A stretch of DNA of 64,000 bases from Antedon mediterranea. Taxonomy: Eukaryota > Animalia > Echinodermata. The position numbers were made by a program, and so were the translations under genes. The stretch spans positions 35,470,437-35,534,436 of the forward strand of contig NC_092672.1 in assembly GCF_964355755.1 (NCBI RefSeq), in the 5' to 3' direction. This document shows positions 25,260 through 38,829 of this stretch, piece after piece. A model generated the notes under the pieces. It did no database searches, was not told the DNA's origin, and worked only from the letters and a program-made list of their open reading frames with translations. Position 1 is the first letter of the stretch. Every line of letters begins with the position of its first letter.

Positions 25260-26940
25260 AACATTTGCGCTTCAAGAAACCTGGTTAGCTGGTGATGGCT
25301 TTCATTTAAAAAATCTTACTTCAGTCGGTTACCACGTTTTCAGTGTACCGCGTGGAAGAGGAGATCCTCACGGTGAAGTTGTAGTTTTATACAAAGATAG
25401 TTTAACTGATTGTTTCAAAGTCTAAGGACATAGATCATCGTATAAATAGATTTGAATATTGTGAAATCGTGTTTACATCTGAATCAAAGTGTTTCACTAT
25501 TGTCAACCATAGACATGCTCCATCCGCAAAGAACCAACTTACAACCGGAATGCATGTTCTTTGTTGAGTTTTCTGACTTTCTACATGACTATACTTTCCA
25601 GAGGAATATGGCTGGGTGACATCTTGATGTTAATGAAGATTGCAATACCATAAAATTCACTGATCTTATCACTCATTATGGGCTTTAGGCCTACTCATCG
25701 CTTTGGCCATACGCTTGATGTCATATTAAACTGACAATCTAGTGCTCTTGACTCTTGACCACAACAATTGGCTGCGATGTCTTGATCAGGAAGTCTAAGT
25801 CTTTAAAAATGACCATTGCCTCAAATAAGCTGATTTTAACTTTTTCAACGCAGATATCAAGTCTTCAATCTTGTCGGATAGTATGGCAACTACTGTCATT
25901 GATGCGTCAGATAACACGACACTTGCTGACCTTCTTAACCATCATGCACATGTACGGATCAAGACCGTAGTTCCTCGCAACATTGGTTTACTGACTCATA
26001 CCGCATCAAACAAGACAAGTCAGGATCTTTCAGACTTTAAACAATTTAAAAAAATTAAAAATAAGTTTAATGTCGAAATGTTCCATGCAAAGTGTAAGTT
26101 CTTCAATCGCAGGATTATCGATTGTGGTGACGACTTCAAGTCTTTATTTTCCATCCTCAACGACATTCTGCAAAGAAAGAAACATACAGATAAATTACCT
26201 CATCACGATAGTTCTGCAAGATTGGCAAATTAATTTGCTAATTATTTAAATACAAACAACTGGGAGACCAGTCTTTGACTGAAGAGGTCGCCCAGTATAA
26301 ATATATATTTCAATCAATCAGAGCAGCTCTTCCAATGGTTAATGTCATCTCAGATCAAATTAAATATGCTACTGTACACACGGAAACATGGAACACCTTT
26401 GAATCTGTATCATCAGAGGAAGTCAAGACCATTGTCAAGAAGTCTACAAGTGCGTCATGCTCTTTAAACTCAGTCCCATCATGGATGGTTAAGAAGTCAA
26501 TCAACTCGCTTTCACACTGCCTTGCATCGATTGTGAATATGTCTCTTAAGGTTAGTTCCCACTAGGACGCAACGCAAGGACGTAGACGCAACGTAAGGGA
26601 TTTGACCAATGACAATCGACAGTCGAATAAATCCATTGCTTGTGATTGGTCAAATCCCTTGCGTTGCGTTGCGTCGTTGCGTTGCGTCTCTAGTGGGAAC
26701 CGCGCTTTAGAGAAGGTTTCGTACCACCGTCAAATCAGCTGAAAAAGAGTAATCTTGATCTCAACATCTTGAAGAACTATCGTCCAGTGAGCAACCTCTC
26801 ATTTCTATCTAAGATCATTGGACGGATGGTGGTAGCCAAACACTTAAACTGTTACATGTCTACATGAACCGTTTCAATCTGCATATAAAGCATTTCATAG
26901 CACCGAGACAGCATTACTTAATGTCCATAATGACATCTTA
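25260..26940 (+). mobile_element. Degenerate L2-clade LINE (endonuclease to RT start)
   Basis: ALQETWLAGD, PTHRFGHTLDVI, NYRPVSNLSFLSKI, FQSAYKAFHSTETALLNVHNDIL; paralogous to 34940-35876 plus 38830-38945. Confidence 0.8.
26549..26706. mobile_element. Tourist/Harbinger-type MITE with TTA TSD
   Basis: GTTCCCACTAG / CTAGTGGGAAC inverted ends, largely palindromic; TTA at 26546-26548 and 26707-26709; empty paralogous site at ~35788. Confidence 0.85.
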
Positions 26941-26959
26941 TGGGCAATTCAATACAGTG

Positions 26960-27558
26960 GTATAGACTGTTTGGCAAGATGCGTAAACTGGGAGTATCAC
27001 TGCCGATATGTAGGTGGGTGTTGGACTTCCTCATTAATAGATCACAATTCGTTAAGCTGAGTAATTTGATGTCGGATAAAGCAGTAGTTAGCACGGGAGT
27101 ACCACAAGAGTGCGTACTTTCCCCTTTTTTATTTTCTATTTATATTTATGATTTTGTTGTTAAAATTTGTCGATGATACTACAATCGCAGGGCTTATAAC
27201 AAATAATGATGAAGTAGAGTACCGAACTCAGGTCGATAATGTAATACACTGGTGTGCCGATAACAACCTAATATTAAATGTTAATAAAACAAAGGGATAT
27301 TTTAGATAATTTTAAGCATTTTTAGGCATGGTGTGGTGATTACCAGCGATCTAAAATGACATGATCACATAACCAAGTGTATCAAACAAGCCCAACAACG
27401 CCTTTACTTTTTGCATAGACTGAAATCTTTTGGAGTTAACTCTTTCATATTGTCATTTTTTACAAGTCTGTCATTGAAAGTGTACTCACCTTTAGTTTTG
27501 TTGTGTGATTTACCGGAGCCACAAGTAAAGCTAAGTCAGGTCTACAACGTGTCGTTAA
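26960..27558 (+). mobile_element. Rex1/Babar-like LINE RT fragment
   Basis: ICRWVLDFLINRSQFVKL..STGVPQECVLSPFLF..DDTTIAGLITNNDEVEYR; duplicated at ~38970-39360; continues at 28677-28839. Confidence 0.8.
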
Positions 27559-27899
27559 AAATGTATTGTCCTCTTGAAAAATAATTCTTAACAATTTTTT
27601 TTAATATGCCATTTTGATGGCACCTAATAGTTATCCACTTTGACCAAAAATTGGATTGAAAAAATGTATTTACGTAAAAAACTGCAATTTAAAGCAACAA
27701 AATAGTCAAATTGGCTGTCAGCAAATGGGTTTTTGGTTGAATATAGCCATTTCTTTTGTCATTTTATAAGTGAAAACATTAATGTTTTCCGATGTTTTTT
27801 CTATGGAAGTGATTAACTTTAATAAAACTACAAAATAATCTATTCAAAGTTTTGATTTTATTAATCTTTATTTTTCAAGTTTTTGGGGAAAATACATCT
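27559..27899. mobile_element. TTAA-flanked MITE (Kolobok-like)
   Basis: AAATGTATTGTCC / GGAAAATACATCT ends, TTAA at 27555-27558 and 27900-27903; relative at ~45155-45686. Confidence 0.75.
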
Positions 27900-27903
27900 T
27901 TAA

Positions 27904-28675
27904 TTAAGTTAACTTCTGGATCATCATCATCAGTTGAAAGAGACTCGTGTGCACTGTTGCAACTACTATCACCACTATCAACATTTTCAAAGGTACATGG
28001 TGTCAATAGGTTACGGTGAACAGTTCGCTCTCTGCCATAATTATTTCGGCGCACAGTGAATGTGGGCTGACCTTGGGTGTGATGAATTATGGTATATGGT
28101 GTTTCCTCCCATCTATCCCTCAGTTTATTACGGCCCCGCAATGACTTGTTAGCAACTAAAACAGAGTCTCCAACGTTCAAATCAACTCCACGGGACCTTT
28201 TGTTGTACGCATTTTTTTTGCTTCTTTCTTGCAGCATTTGCATGCGTCGCTGCTAAGTCGTAAGCTTCTTGAAGTTGGTTTCTGAGTCGATGGACAAAAT
28301 CAGCTTCATTTGTGTCAGTGAATTCCTCTCCATCTGTCTCTAGTTCAAATACTAAGTCTGAAGGCACTCTCGGTTTCCGCATAAACATTAAAAAGAATGG
28401 AGTGAACCCAGTTGATGAATGCGTGGTACAATTGTAGGCGTGTGTCATGGTCTCTACATAGTCACGCCACCGAGGTTTCTGGTGAGGCTGAAGCGTTCCC
28501 AACATATTGAGTAATGTAGAGTTGAATCGCTCCGTCATGCCATTCCCATGTGGGTGATAAGGTGTGGTTCGGCTCTTTTTTATTTTAAGGAGTTTGCACA
28601 GTTCCTGTATAACCTCAGCCTCAAAACACTTCCCTTGGTCGCTGTGTATCCTTTCCGGTGTCTGTAGTTGAGGTG
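27904..28675 (-). mobile_element. Gypsy/Ty3 integrase core and C-terminal fragment
   Basis: PERIHSDQGKCFE..RTTPYHPHGNGMTERFNSTL..AYNCTTHSSTGFTPFFLMF; GDSVLV..KLRDRWE..RTVHRNLL. Confidence 0.9.
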
Positions 28676-28834
28676 TTACGTAGCGGTAGACGTTACCGTT
28701 CAAACATCTCTCGTACAAATAGGTTTTGTAACAGCTTTTACCCAGCTGCCATTCGGACACTGAATGCTTGTTGTCAGTATACCGTACGAGAGTAATGTGA
28801 CACTTGAGAGTGATGTTGTAATTGTTTTTGTTAG

Positions 28835-29680
28835 TTTTTAGTCGCGTGGAAGCGACTCTATAGTTCACTATGTCGGTCGGTCGGTCTGTCTGTCTGTCTG
28901 TCTGTCGGTCTGTCTGTCGGTCTGTCTGTCGGTCTGTCTGTCGGTCTGTCTGTCTGTCTGTCTGTCGGTCCGGTATCACTATGCGTTTTATCGCTTTATG
29001 ACCTTATCTTGATATCAGTTTAATCTAGCTAAGTCAATTTTTCACAGAATATTCCTTATGGCCAGGAATCGATGTGGTTATGTTTTCACGGTGCGCAATA
29101 AAAAATTACGCGGTCTACGCACGATTTAACGAAATCACGTTTGTAATCATATCTTAACAACCATGAATCACAATTAAATAAAATTTGGTACTCATAAATT
29201 TCAGGGCATAAATCATCATATGGCAATACAATTACGTGCGTAGCGCATGTAACGCATGCGTACGCGCGCTTAAAATTTTCAAAATTTATTTTCGATGAAA
29301 TAAGAGTACGTTTCAGGCAATTTTAAGCGTTTACAAAATTGCCATGAGTGCGCAGATTTTTGCGCGCGCACTGTGCGTTAAATGTTATTGCGCACTCTTT
29401 TTGCCTGATTTCTGTTTTCTTGACTTACTTTTCAACTCGAAATTGCGTTGTACGAGCACGTCAAAAGTGACAGGCTACGCACGTGTAAATTAAAAAAATA
29501 TAAATGTTTTTAAACATTTCAACATTTTTAAACATGTTCAGTAATTTCGGTCAGTATAGTTCACTATGTCGGTCGGTCTGTCTGTCTGTCGGTCTGTCTG
29601 TCTGTCTGTCGGTCTGTTTGTCTGTCGGTCCGGTATCACTATGCATTGTAGCACGCGACTTAATGGCTGTTGGCCTTGTT
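28835..29680 (+). mobile_element. DINE-1/HINE-like Helentron-associated element (~845 bp)
   Basis: Subterminal IR AGTCGCGTG / CACGCGACT, 5' hairpin, two GTCT/GTCG microsatellites, 3' hairpin GGCTGTTGGCC plus TT; inserted in a T-run with no distinct TSD (empty site at ~1160-1180). Confidence 0.85.
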
Positions 29681-30371
29681 CATTTATCTGTTAATCAGTA
29701 ATTAAACCTCGGTTGTTTTATCTGCCCTTAAATTTGTTTTGTATATTGGTATACAGGAGTTTGACACTATTAATTACTATTTCTTATTCAGTAGTAGTAA
29801 ATTACTGCAAATTACAGAATAGTGGGATCTCACTATAGTTACTATACACACTAGCACAGGACTGTCAGCACCTATATGCACAGCTGCTGTGCGTATAGTC
29901 ACAGACTTTACAAAACTACCATAAGACAAATATACACAGCTGCTGAATGAAACTTTATAAACAATTCCAAACAATTTATTATAAAATAATTCTTTTTTTA
30001 CACAAAATAAGAAAATAAAGACACACGTTTCTTCATTTGCATTTTACTGCTCCATTTAAATCGATATTTTACATAAATAATTGATTGTTTATTTAAGTTA
30101 TTTATTTATTTTTCTTATTTTATATTTATATATTTCATTCGGTGTTTGTCTCTTTTATGTTTTATTTACAGTATTGTTCAGCCGTCTTTTGGCTGATCAG
30201 AGTCTTCCATCACAAAATATTTACATTTTTCTATTTGATTTCCTAGGCCTATTTATTTTATATACAGTATTGTCATCTACTTTTTATATTGTATCACAAT
30301 TCACTTCTATATATTTTAATTGTAGGAAATCGTACTATAGTCCCACACAATTTTCCTAACAATCTTTAGGC

Positions 30372-32711
30372 CTATACAGCCGTAGTTTGAGTGGTTCTCT
30401 CACGGACGGCCAAATATTCTTTAATGTCTTGCCGAATGCATTTTTCAAGGATCCTTTTTTTACTCTCCTCTTCTGCCTTATTCCGTAGTATTACCTCAAA
30501 AAGAGGTACAATTCCAGCAATAAAAACAGCTACATATAGATTCACTTGTTTTAAATCATCGAAATCAGCGATGGCCTTTAGCGTTGATAAACTTACCCAA
30601 ATTACCAGGCTCAGAATTACAAGTTTTATGATTATAATTAGAAGTTGGGTCTCTGGTGGTCTATACTTTGTTACAATGGTGTCAAAGAGAGTCTTTTCAA
30701 TTGCAGTTAAGCCGTCAGTGTCTTGCCGGATAATCGGTAAAGATGGAGTGCTATCTTGTGCAGCTAAATCATAACGTTCACCATCGTCATTGGTCCTTAC
30801 TATCTTCTTTACCTTCGTCCATATATCCCTTGGCATCGTCTTTATCTTCGTCCATATATCCCTTGGCATCGTCTTTATCTTCGTCCATGTATCCCTTGAC
30901 ATCGTCTTTACCGTCGTCCATATATCCTCATCATCGCCCTCGTGCTCCTCATCAACGTCCTCGTTTATAAATTGTGGAAAAGAGGGCAGTTTATCACCAG
31001 AAACGTGCACCTTGTTATCTTTGATTAACTCATCAAATGCCGAAATCACTTGCTGCAGGAGAACCACATATCCTTTGTAATAATCTGTTATAATTGAAAT
31101 GACGTAACCAATGATAATTAAACTAATCGCTGCAACGATTCCAGCAGTACCTGGGTTCACCAGCAAGCCGATGTAGAAGTACCATATAATATTTAATATG
31201 TATCTAATGGCTAATCCCACCTTTGTAGACAGAACAACCACCATAATAGCACCACAAGGCATCCACACCACCACCATCACAACTGTTTTTTTTACAGTAA
31301 TATTTTCAATGTTTACGAACGGTAACAGACATAAACGCATGGTAAGATAAGTAATCGGCAAAGACATAAGAATAGTATGCATACCGTAGAATATTAAGAA
31401 CGGTACTACAAGAATAAAAAACATAGTAACATGTATTCCTATATTGTTTATTTTAAAATACTTCCGAAACCAGTTTAACCCATCCTTCCAGTGGGAACTT
31501 GAAACAATCAACTTGATATTTTCCTTCATTTCAAACGAAAGTTTGTACAAACCACTGTAATTATTTTTTGGAAGTTTAAATATATGTAGAAATAAACGAA
31601 CTGTCTCAATTCTTCTAACGGGCAAATTAGAATAGTTATTCATAAAATCAGTTTCAAACCAGACTTGACGCGTTAAACAGGTTATCAACAGGACAATGCA
31701 AGCAAGTATATACATTAAATTATTGAAAATATTTCCCTGGCAAAATGTATTATCAGGCTTACACTCTGGTATGCCTTCAATGTTCTTAAGCGCTGCACGA
31801 CGACGGTAAAAAGAATCGCTGTCCGAAACGTTAGCAATGATGTAAGGTACAAATTGTAGCAAACCAACAAGTGCCCATAGTATCAGCCAACGTAGAATAA
31901 AAATACAGTTATTTTGATTTCCACTATGTAATAGAAAATACTTAGGGCCCATTGGTAGATCTGTCCGTAAGCTCAAATATTCTTTTCCCGTCTCATTCAT
32001 TGGTTTTACGTGACACAAAAAGGAGACAATGAACCAAATAAAATAGAGTGGGAATATATAAATAAGCCAGTTAAATATCGTATAGGAATGTTTCATGAAT
32101 TTACTGAGTTCAATTGACCCATCTTCTGAAATTTGCCAGCATTCAAAGTACGTACTGATTTGAAGAATAGAGTAATAAGCCGCAGACGCTAAAGACAAAT
32201 CCCATACGTTAAAACTATCAAGCTGTCGTTCAATACAGACCTCTTGTTTCGCATCTTTGTCACTTTCGAGCTGAAGAAGGGAATTTGCGATTACGTTCAA
32301 TTTGTCTTCGTTGTCAACTTCAAAGAAACACTCTGGTATGGAGGTGACGTTTAAGGAGATGTGTTCCACACTAGGAGACAGAGTTCCCAGTGATAGAAAT
32401 TCAAAATCAAATGGAAAAGTCAAAAGGAGTTCACCGATTTCCCCGACAGCCACAACCCAGTGGTTGACGTCAATGACTGTTGTATTTTTATAAAAACTTT
32501 TTCCAACAGAATCAGAAGCATCAACAAAAGATAACAACTTTACGTTGATAAAGACAGCATCACCTTTTAAGAGTTCTTGCAAGACATCTGTGCCATCCAT
32601 CTCTAGTAGACAGGTAGTGTTATCGGACTGGATCCTTGCAGAGATGTCTCTGGATGACGTCACAATGAACATGGTTGCCAGAAGAACTAAGATGCTCCGA
32701 GAACGTGTCAT
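30372..32711 (-). CDS. Uncharacterised multipass membrane protein, copy 3 (779 aa from ATG at 32711, intact)
   Basis: Uninterrupted ORF; ATG aligns with the other copies (MTRSRSILVLLATMFIVTS); carries a 33-bp repeat (DIWTKIKTMPR x~4) at ~30800-30930. Confidence 0.9.
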   Translation of the reverse strand: MTRSRSILVLLATMFIVTSSRDISARIQSDNTTCLLEMDGTDVLQELLKGDAVFINVKLLSFVDASDSVGKSFYKNTTVIDVNHWVVAVGEIGELLLTFPFDFEFLSLGTLSPSVEHISLNVTSIPECFFEVDNEDKLNVIANSLLQLESDKDAKQEVCIERQLDSFNVWDLSLASAAYYSILQISTYFECWQISEDGSIELSKFMKHSYTIFNWLIYIFPLYFIWFIVSFLCHVKPMNETGKEYLSLRTDLPMGPKYFLLHSGNQNNCIFILRWLILWALVGLLQFVPYIIANVSDSDSFYRRRAALKNIEGIPECKPDNTFCQGNIFNNLMYILACIVLLITCLTRQVWFETDFMNNYSNLPVRRIETVRLFLHIFKLPKNNYSGLYKLSFEMKENIKLIVSSSHWKDGLNWFRKYFKINNIGIHVTMFFILVVPFLIFYGMHTILMSLPITYLTMRLCLLPFVNIENITVKKTVVMVVVWMPCGAIMVVVLSTKVGLAIRYILNIIWYFYIGLLVNPGTAGIVAAISLIIIGYVISIITDYYKGYVVLLQQVISAFDELIKDNKVHVSGDKLPSFPQFINEDVDEEHEGDDEDIWTTVKTMSRDTWTKIKTMPRDIWTKIKTMPRDIWTKVKKIVRTNDDGERYDLAAQDSTPSLPIIRQDTDGLTAIEKTLFDTIVTKYRPPETQLLIIIIKLVILSLVIWVSLSTLKAIADFDDLKQVNLYVAVFIAGIVPLFEVILRNKAEEESKKRILEKCIRQDIKEYLAVRERTTQTTAV

Positions 32712-35700
32712 GGTTTGAGGAGTAAAGATAATGACTCTGAAAATAATCAAATTAATATACCTACATTTTGTGGATGAAGTTTTTTTATGGTAGTATTGTA
32801 TTTGTTAATCCATGATTGGCGTAGCTTGCCCCATATAGGGGTAATTTGTGTGGTCCTTTTTAATTTTAACAGGATTTTTGCCAAATAAACCATACCTTAC
32901 ATTACTGTATTTTACACCCCCGCATGCATTCAAGCTAATCATATATAGTACCCACGATTAGTATATTTAGGCCATAATTAAAGATGTCAATCAAGAGAAC
33001 ATGTCAACTTATATTGAAGTTGAAATGTCTTTTTATATTTATTGGTACACAAAATAACTGAAAGAACATTTAATTTTCACTTGAGCTCCTATGAATTCTG
33101 TTTCGGAAAATGGTTTCTATAGGAAGGGCCTACAAAATTAAATTGTTTAATAGCAACATATTATATTCAATACAATAAGTTACAGTATTGTATGTAAGGC
33201 ACACTAACATGAATTTATTCTATGAATATCTAAGCAAAGGTATAGATGGAAGTCGAATAACTTACCAGTACTATTAACTTACCAATAAGTGATTAACACG
33301 AAATGATTACCAACAGTGACACTATTAGAATTTGGTAAGAAGCAGCAGCAAAGCAGAAGTTTGTTTTATGTAATTTGAATAGTATTAGTAGTCGACCTCA
33401 TTTGCACTAAAAAACGGTGGGAAATGAATATAATTGTTTTAAAATAAAATAAATAAATAATTCGTTTTGTTTCATGGTTAAAACCCCTTTTTTCAGTGGT
33501 TAGGCAATTTCTATGGGGTCATGAATATTCATGAGCTTCTTGGCATTTCCTCTTTGGTATAATACGATACCTCTACTGCTGATCAAATTATATCATTTTT
33601 TTTCTCAGTAGCCGTGTTGTTTTAGTTGATTTCTGAAAAAATCAATTGTTTTAAATACAATACTTGTTTCCTTGTTTCGTTTTAGGAATTAGGAAAATAT
33701 TTCTTTATATGGTCATCTACTTTTAGACTATTTAAAATTATAAATTTATAAGTAGGTTTATCTAAATAATTATTTAGGAAATAATTTTGATGTTGAAAAT
33801 GTTTGTAGTTGGTCGCTTTCTTGTAGATGCTTTAATTGTATAGAATGTAATTTATTTGTTTATTTTCTGTGCATTGTTCTGGATTTACCAAATAGTATAG
33901 GTGTTTAATCTTTCCTTGCCTTTTATTATATTTCGTTTTGCCTTTGTATTGTATATGGCAGATTTGTATAAATGTGCTTGCCGAAATGAATAAAATAAAT
34001 AAAATAAGACAAAACTGTGTGTGGTGTAAGTAGGGAACATCCCAAAATTACATGTGATTTGCAGTATTAAAACCAATGCCAACTTCTACTACAATTCATA
34101 ATTTTAAACTATTTAGACATAATTCTCATATTGTCATTTCATTTGTCGTAATTTTTATTTTTATTGTTACACAAATAACTGAAAGAATATTTATTTTTAT
34201 AGGACACTCAGACGCAATTTTCACTCGAGCTGCAGTGAAATCTGTTTCGGAAAATGGTTTCTATAGTAAGGGCCTAACAAATTAAATTGTATAATAGCAA
34301 AATATTATATTCAATACAATACTGTAAGTAACAGTATTGTATGTAAGGCTTATAAACATGAATTTATTTTGTGAATATCCAAGCAAAGGTATACTATAGA
34401 TGCGAGTGGTATAACTTACCAGTAATAACTTACCAATAAAAGTGATTAACACGAAATGATTACCAACAGTGACACTATTAGAATTTGGTAAGAAGCAGCA
34501 GCAAAGCAGAAGTTTGTTTTATGTAATTTGAATAGTATTAGTAGTTGTTGACCATTGTCAAGAAGTCTACATTTGCACTAAAATACGGTGGGAAATGAAT
34601 ATATGGTCAAATTTCAATGAGGGAAGTAAATATAAATTTAACATGAAACGATATATTAAAATCATTACATTGATGGTTATCAATTTCGAAATTGTAAAAC
34701 GTTTTTTAATTAGCCTCAATTCAATATAAACAATTTCCGTTTACATTCGACCGACGTGCATGGATACTTGCTGTACAAATCCGACTTAATAACTACAGAC
34801 CTACAGAGGGGATCTCTCCTCCCCCCCCCGTCCCCGTGCTCTAAAGTTACCTTGTTAAAATACGATCGAGTACGTTTCAATTAAAAATAAAGCATCTACC
34901 GGTATTATCATTATCATTATTATATTATAATATTTCTAATCTTGCGCTTCAAGAAACCTGGTTAGCTGGTGATGAAACGGATGACTTTATATAATCTTAC
35001 TTCAGTCGGTTATCACATTTTCATTGTACCGCATGGAAGAGGAAATAACAAAGTGTGAGGCAAGTCAGAAATTTATGGGAAGCATCAGTTTATTTCAAGT
35101 GCGTAAGGCAGGAAATCACCGAAATTGATGTAGCCTAGGCCCGCTATTTCCCCTTCGCATCTGCCTTGTATTTTAACTCCAAATGTGTTAACCAACTTTA
35201 TCCTGAATACCACACATTGGAATTAGTACTTTTATGAAGAAAAATCACGTAAAAAGTAACAATAAATCCTTTTTGACCATCATGCACCAGTACGCATCAA
35301 AACCGTAGTTACTCGCAAACAACTACCTTGGTTTACTGACTCATTATATCGCATCAAATAAGAACGGTGAAAGGCCGAACACAATGTTCCATGCAAAGTG
35401 TAATGTCTTCAATCGTAGGATTATCGATTGTGGTGAAGACTTCAAGTTTTTGTTTTCCACCCTCAACGACATTCTGCAAAGAAAGAAACATATACAGCTA
35501 AATTACATAATCATGATAATCAATTTGCTAATTATTTCAAGACAAAGATCGAGGGCATCAGAACAGCTCTTCCAATGGTTATTGTCATCTCAGATCAAAT
35601 TAAATATGCTACTTTACACACGGCAACATGGAACACCTTTGATCTGTATCATCAGCAGAAGAAGTCAAGACCATTGTCAAGAAGTCTACAAGTGCGTCAT

Positions 35701-35876
35701 GCTCTTTAGACCCAGTCCCATTATAAATGGTTAAGAAGTCAATAGACTCGCTTTCACACTGTCTTACATATATCGTGAATATGTCTCTTAAAGAAAGATT
35801 CGTACCACCGTCACTTTAATCAGCAGTTATCAAACCTTTGTTGAAAAAGAATAATTTTGATCACAACATCTTGAAG

Positions 35877-38829
35877 ATGTTGAACTTTAGATTGTAACTG
35901 CTGTTTAACTGCTTAGAAAATGTCTGTTTTTGGTGTCTCGTTAGATAGAGTTTACAAGTTTTTTGGTGTTTAAAGTTTCCGTGTTTATACGGTTGTGAAG
36001 AGTTTGGTGATTATATTTTGTGGATAGTGTCATTTAAATGTGTTTTTGATCTCGATTATGTAGCCTCATTGCAGATACCTGGTTGGCTTGCCGCCCGAAC
36101 CCGCATACGGTAAATCGTTTCGATAGTCTATTGATATGCAAAGTGGGCTACTGGAGCATTCCAGATAACTCATTCGAAATGCCGCCTTACATTACACAGG
36201 ATGATTGTTGTTATAATGTATACTCGGACTACTCAAATGGAAATACGGCTTGAGATTTATGTTATGAAGACATTATACCACAGGATAGAGGTAAGATAAG
36301 ACATTATGGTTCATTTGTTCGTCATAGAGGTAGGAGAGCAGGTAAAAATAGCCACGACCAATACGGACCTTATAAAACAGCGTTTAGATGTAGCGATGTG
36401 TGACCGTAGACCCATTGAAGGCAGAGTGTCCGCGCTCGTTAATATTCCACTTATAGAAGACATACAAGAACTAGAATCAGACAAAATGACTGTACACATT
36501 ATTAATTTTAGGCCAAAAACTCTTGAAATACCGACTATACTGCTGGGCGCGAACGTATTTTAACACCTGTAAAAATTAACCGGAACTATGCTTCTGACAA
36601 ACGCGTTTTTCTTTGCGTTTGGAGCGCACGCTCTACTTGTAACAAAACCACTACAATTTTTGACTTATTAGTAGACTCTAAAATTGACATCTTAGTTAGT
36701 ACGGAGTCTTGGTTAAGCGATGGAATTTCTGCGATTAGAGAGGAGTGTACACCTGACGGGTTTCCCACGTCAATGAGACGTGATGGGTGGCGGAATAGTG
36801 ATTATATATAAGTCTGAACTTAAGTTTGTGTCATCGCCTTTAACGCATGAATTTAAATCGTTTCAGCATGCTTGTATGACAGATCTCACTAAGTATTTTA
36901 GATTGATTGCCGTTTACCGCCCACCTCCTTCACAGAAAAATGGTATAGAACCATCGAATTTCTGGGAGAAATGGATGGCCTACCAGGTATACCCCACCAG
37001 GTATACCCCACCAGGTATACCCCACCAGGTATACCCCACCAGGTATACCCCTTGTTGTCGGTGAATGTCCCCGTTGACCAGCCCGAGTGTCACAATACCT
37101 ATCTCGCATGACTTCAAACAAACCGTTGATGAGCCCACGCAAATCAGAGGTCATATTCTTGATCATGTCATCTGTTGTGAAGATGATGGTGTCGTTGTGG
37201 ACTGCGCGGTTTTGCTACATAGATGGTTCGGATCATCACCTCATAGGGGTTACGCTAGACAGGATTTGCACTTCCTGTATTGTAATCTTGTTTCGTTGTT
37301 TTATTTTAATGTTCCTGTTCGTAATCTTCGTAGTAAACCCTTTCTTCATGTTAAATATTCTCGTGTCAATGTTTGTAAAAATGGTATTGTATGGTGAGTC
37401 TCGTCATTGTACAATTCATGTCTTTTAAAAAATAATTCTTTAGATATTTTTAACTGTAATTTTTCTCAATTTAAATGTATTATTAATGAAATTATTTAAA
37501 TAATTTTTTTTTTCATTTTTGTATATATTTATATTGGCTCATATTTTATAGTTTAGTTATTTTATTTTTAACCTGTTATTGGTGTTTTACACTGTTGGTT
37601 TGAAATAAAGAATAAAGAACATCAGTAAAGCAGACCGATCACCGGTGGTGATCGGATGAAGCGAATTATAACGTCTCGCTCTTTTAACAATTTCGACATT
37701 ATTCGTTTAAGTTAGAACTGCAACACGACCTTAGTATTATATCTAGAGGATTCTGAAGCCCATTCCAAGACATATAATCATGTTTGACAAGCATTGCCCT
37801 GAAAAAACACGCGTGCACAAAATAGACAGTAAACCAGGTTGGTATACTAGCGAGGTTGAGGTTGCGCGAAAAAAACCGGAGGATACTCGAACGCAAATGG
37901 AGAAAACAAAATCTGTTTCAGAAAAGTCTAACCATTGTGTAATTCTAATAAATCACTATCTAACTATTTTAGAAATAAGGTAGTTAATATCCAAGCATGC
38001 ATAGATGATCGTCAGCCAACCAATGTTTGCTTAGAAACCTTCCCACCCGTGGAGGTTGAAGACATACTCCCCAAACAAAACAAGCCCCCTTGACCCATTA
38101 CCCACTTGGCTACTTACAGACCTCTGTCATAACCCATATAGCAAATTGCTCCTATGCTTCCGGTATTTTCCCACCGAGTTTAAAAAAAGCTGCTGTAACT
38201 CCCATAATCAAGAAAGCTTCACTTGACCCAAATGTCTTGTCAAACTACGTCCCGTTTCGAACTTGCCTCTTGGCAAGATTTTAGAAAGACCGGTCATTAA
38301 GACTTTTAACCAGCACTGTCTTTTAAACAATTTAACAGAACCCTTACAACCCGCTTATAAAGCTACGTCAGTACTGAGACTGCATCGTTGAAGGTAAAAA
38401 CAGATATCTTACACAATTTTGCTAAAAGTCGTGTTGTGATTTTGATGATGCTTGATTTGTCTTCAGCCTTTGATACGATGGATCACCATATTCTTGTAGA
38501 TAGATTAAGACATTGTTTTGGGATTACTCAGAATGCTAATAAATCAAGACATACATTGAAGATAGAAATTGTAAGACTACATGGTTCGGAATCGAGGAAA
38601 CCACTCCTGAAGTTAGGACGTGTCCCACAAGTGTCAACCGTTAGCCCCGCATTATTTACTGCCTATACAAGACCATCATTAAACGTCATGGCTTATAATG
38701 TCATCTTATTATAGATCTATTTAAGAAAGGCCTTAAAACCTATTTGTTTCCTATGCATTAGAATGTGAAGCGCCTTGATCAATTTGGAAAGGCGCTATAC
38801 AAATGATAATAATGATATTATTATTATTA
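35877..38829 (+). mobile_element. Second, internally deleted L2-clade LINE nested in the older L2 fossil
   Basis: ARSTCNK..DILVSTESWL, IAVYRPP, PTQIRGHILD, KKAAVTPIIKKASLDPNVLSNY, MLDLSSAFDTMDH; 3' stem AGCGCCTT..AAGGCGCT and (TAA/TTA)n tail; absent from the paralogue at ~26770-26820. Confidence 0.75.
36980..37051 (+). repeat. 15-bp tandem CCACCAGGTATACCC, ~4.5 copies
   Basis: Directly visible. Confidence 0.9.

Noticed and set aside
28182-28979. 265-aa ORF with QTDR repeats fused to an integrase
   Set aside because: Chance read-through of a HINE microsatellite and antisense LINE into the Gypsy fragment.
32712-32750. N-terminal extension MIIFRVIIFTPQT of copy 3 (and copy 4)
   Set aside because: Begins at TTG and spans the conserved splice acceptor; the ATG shared by all four copies is downstream.
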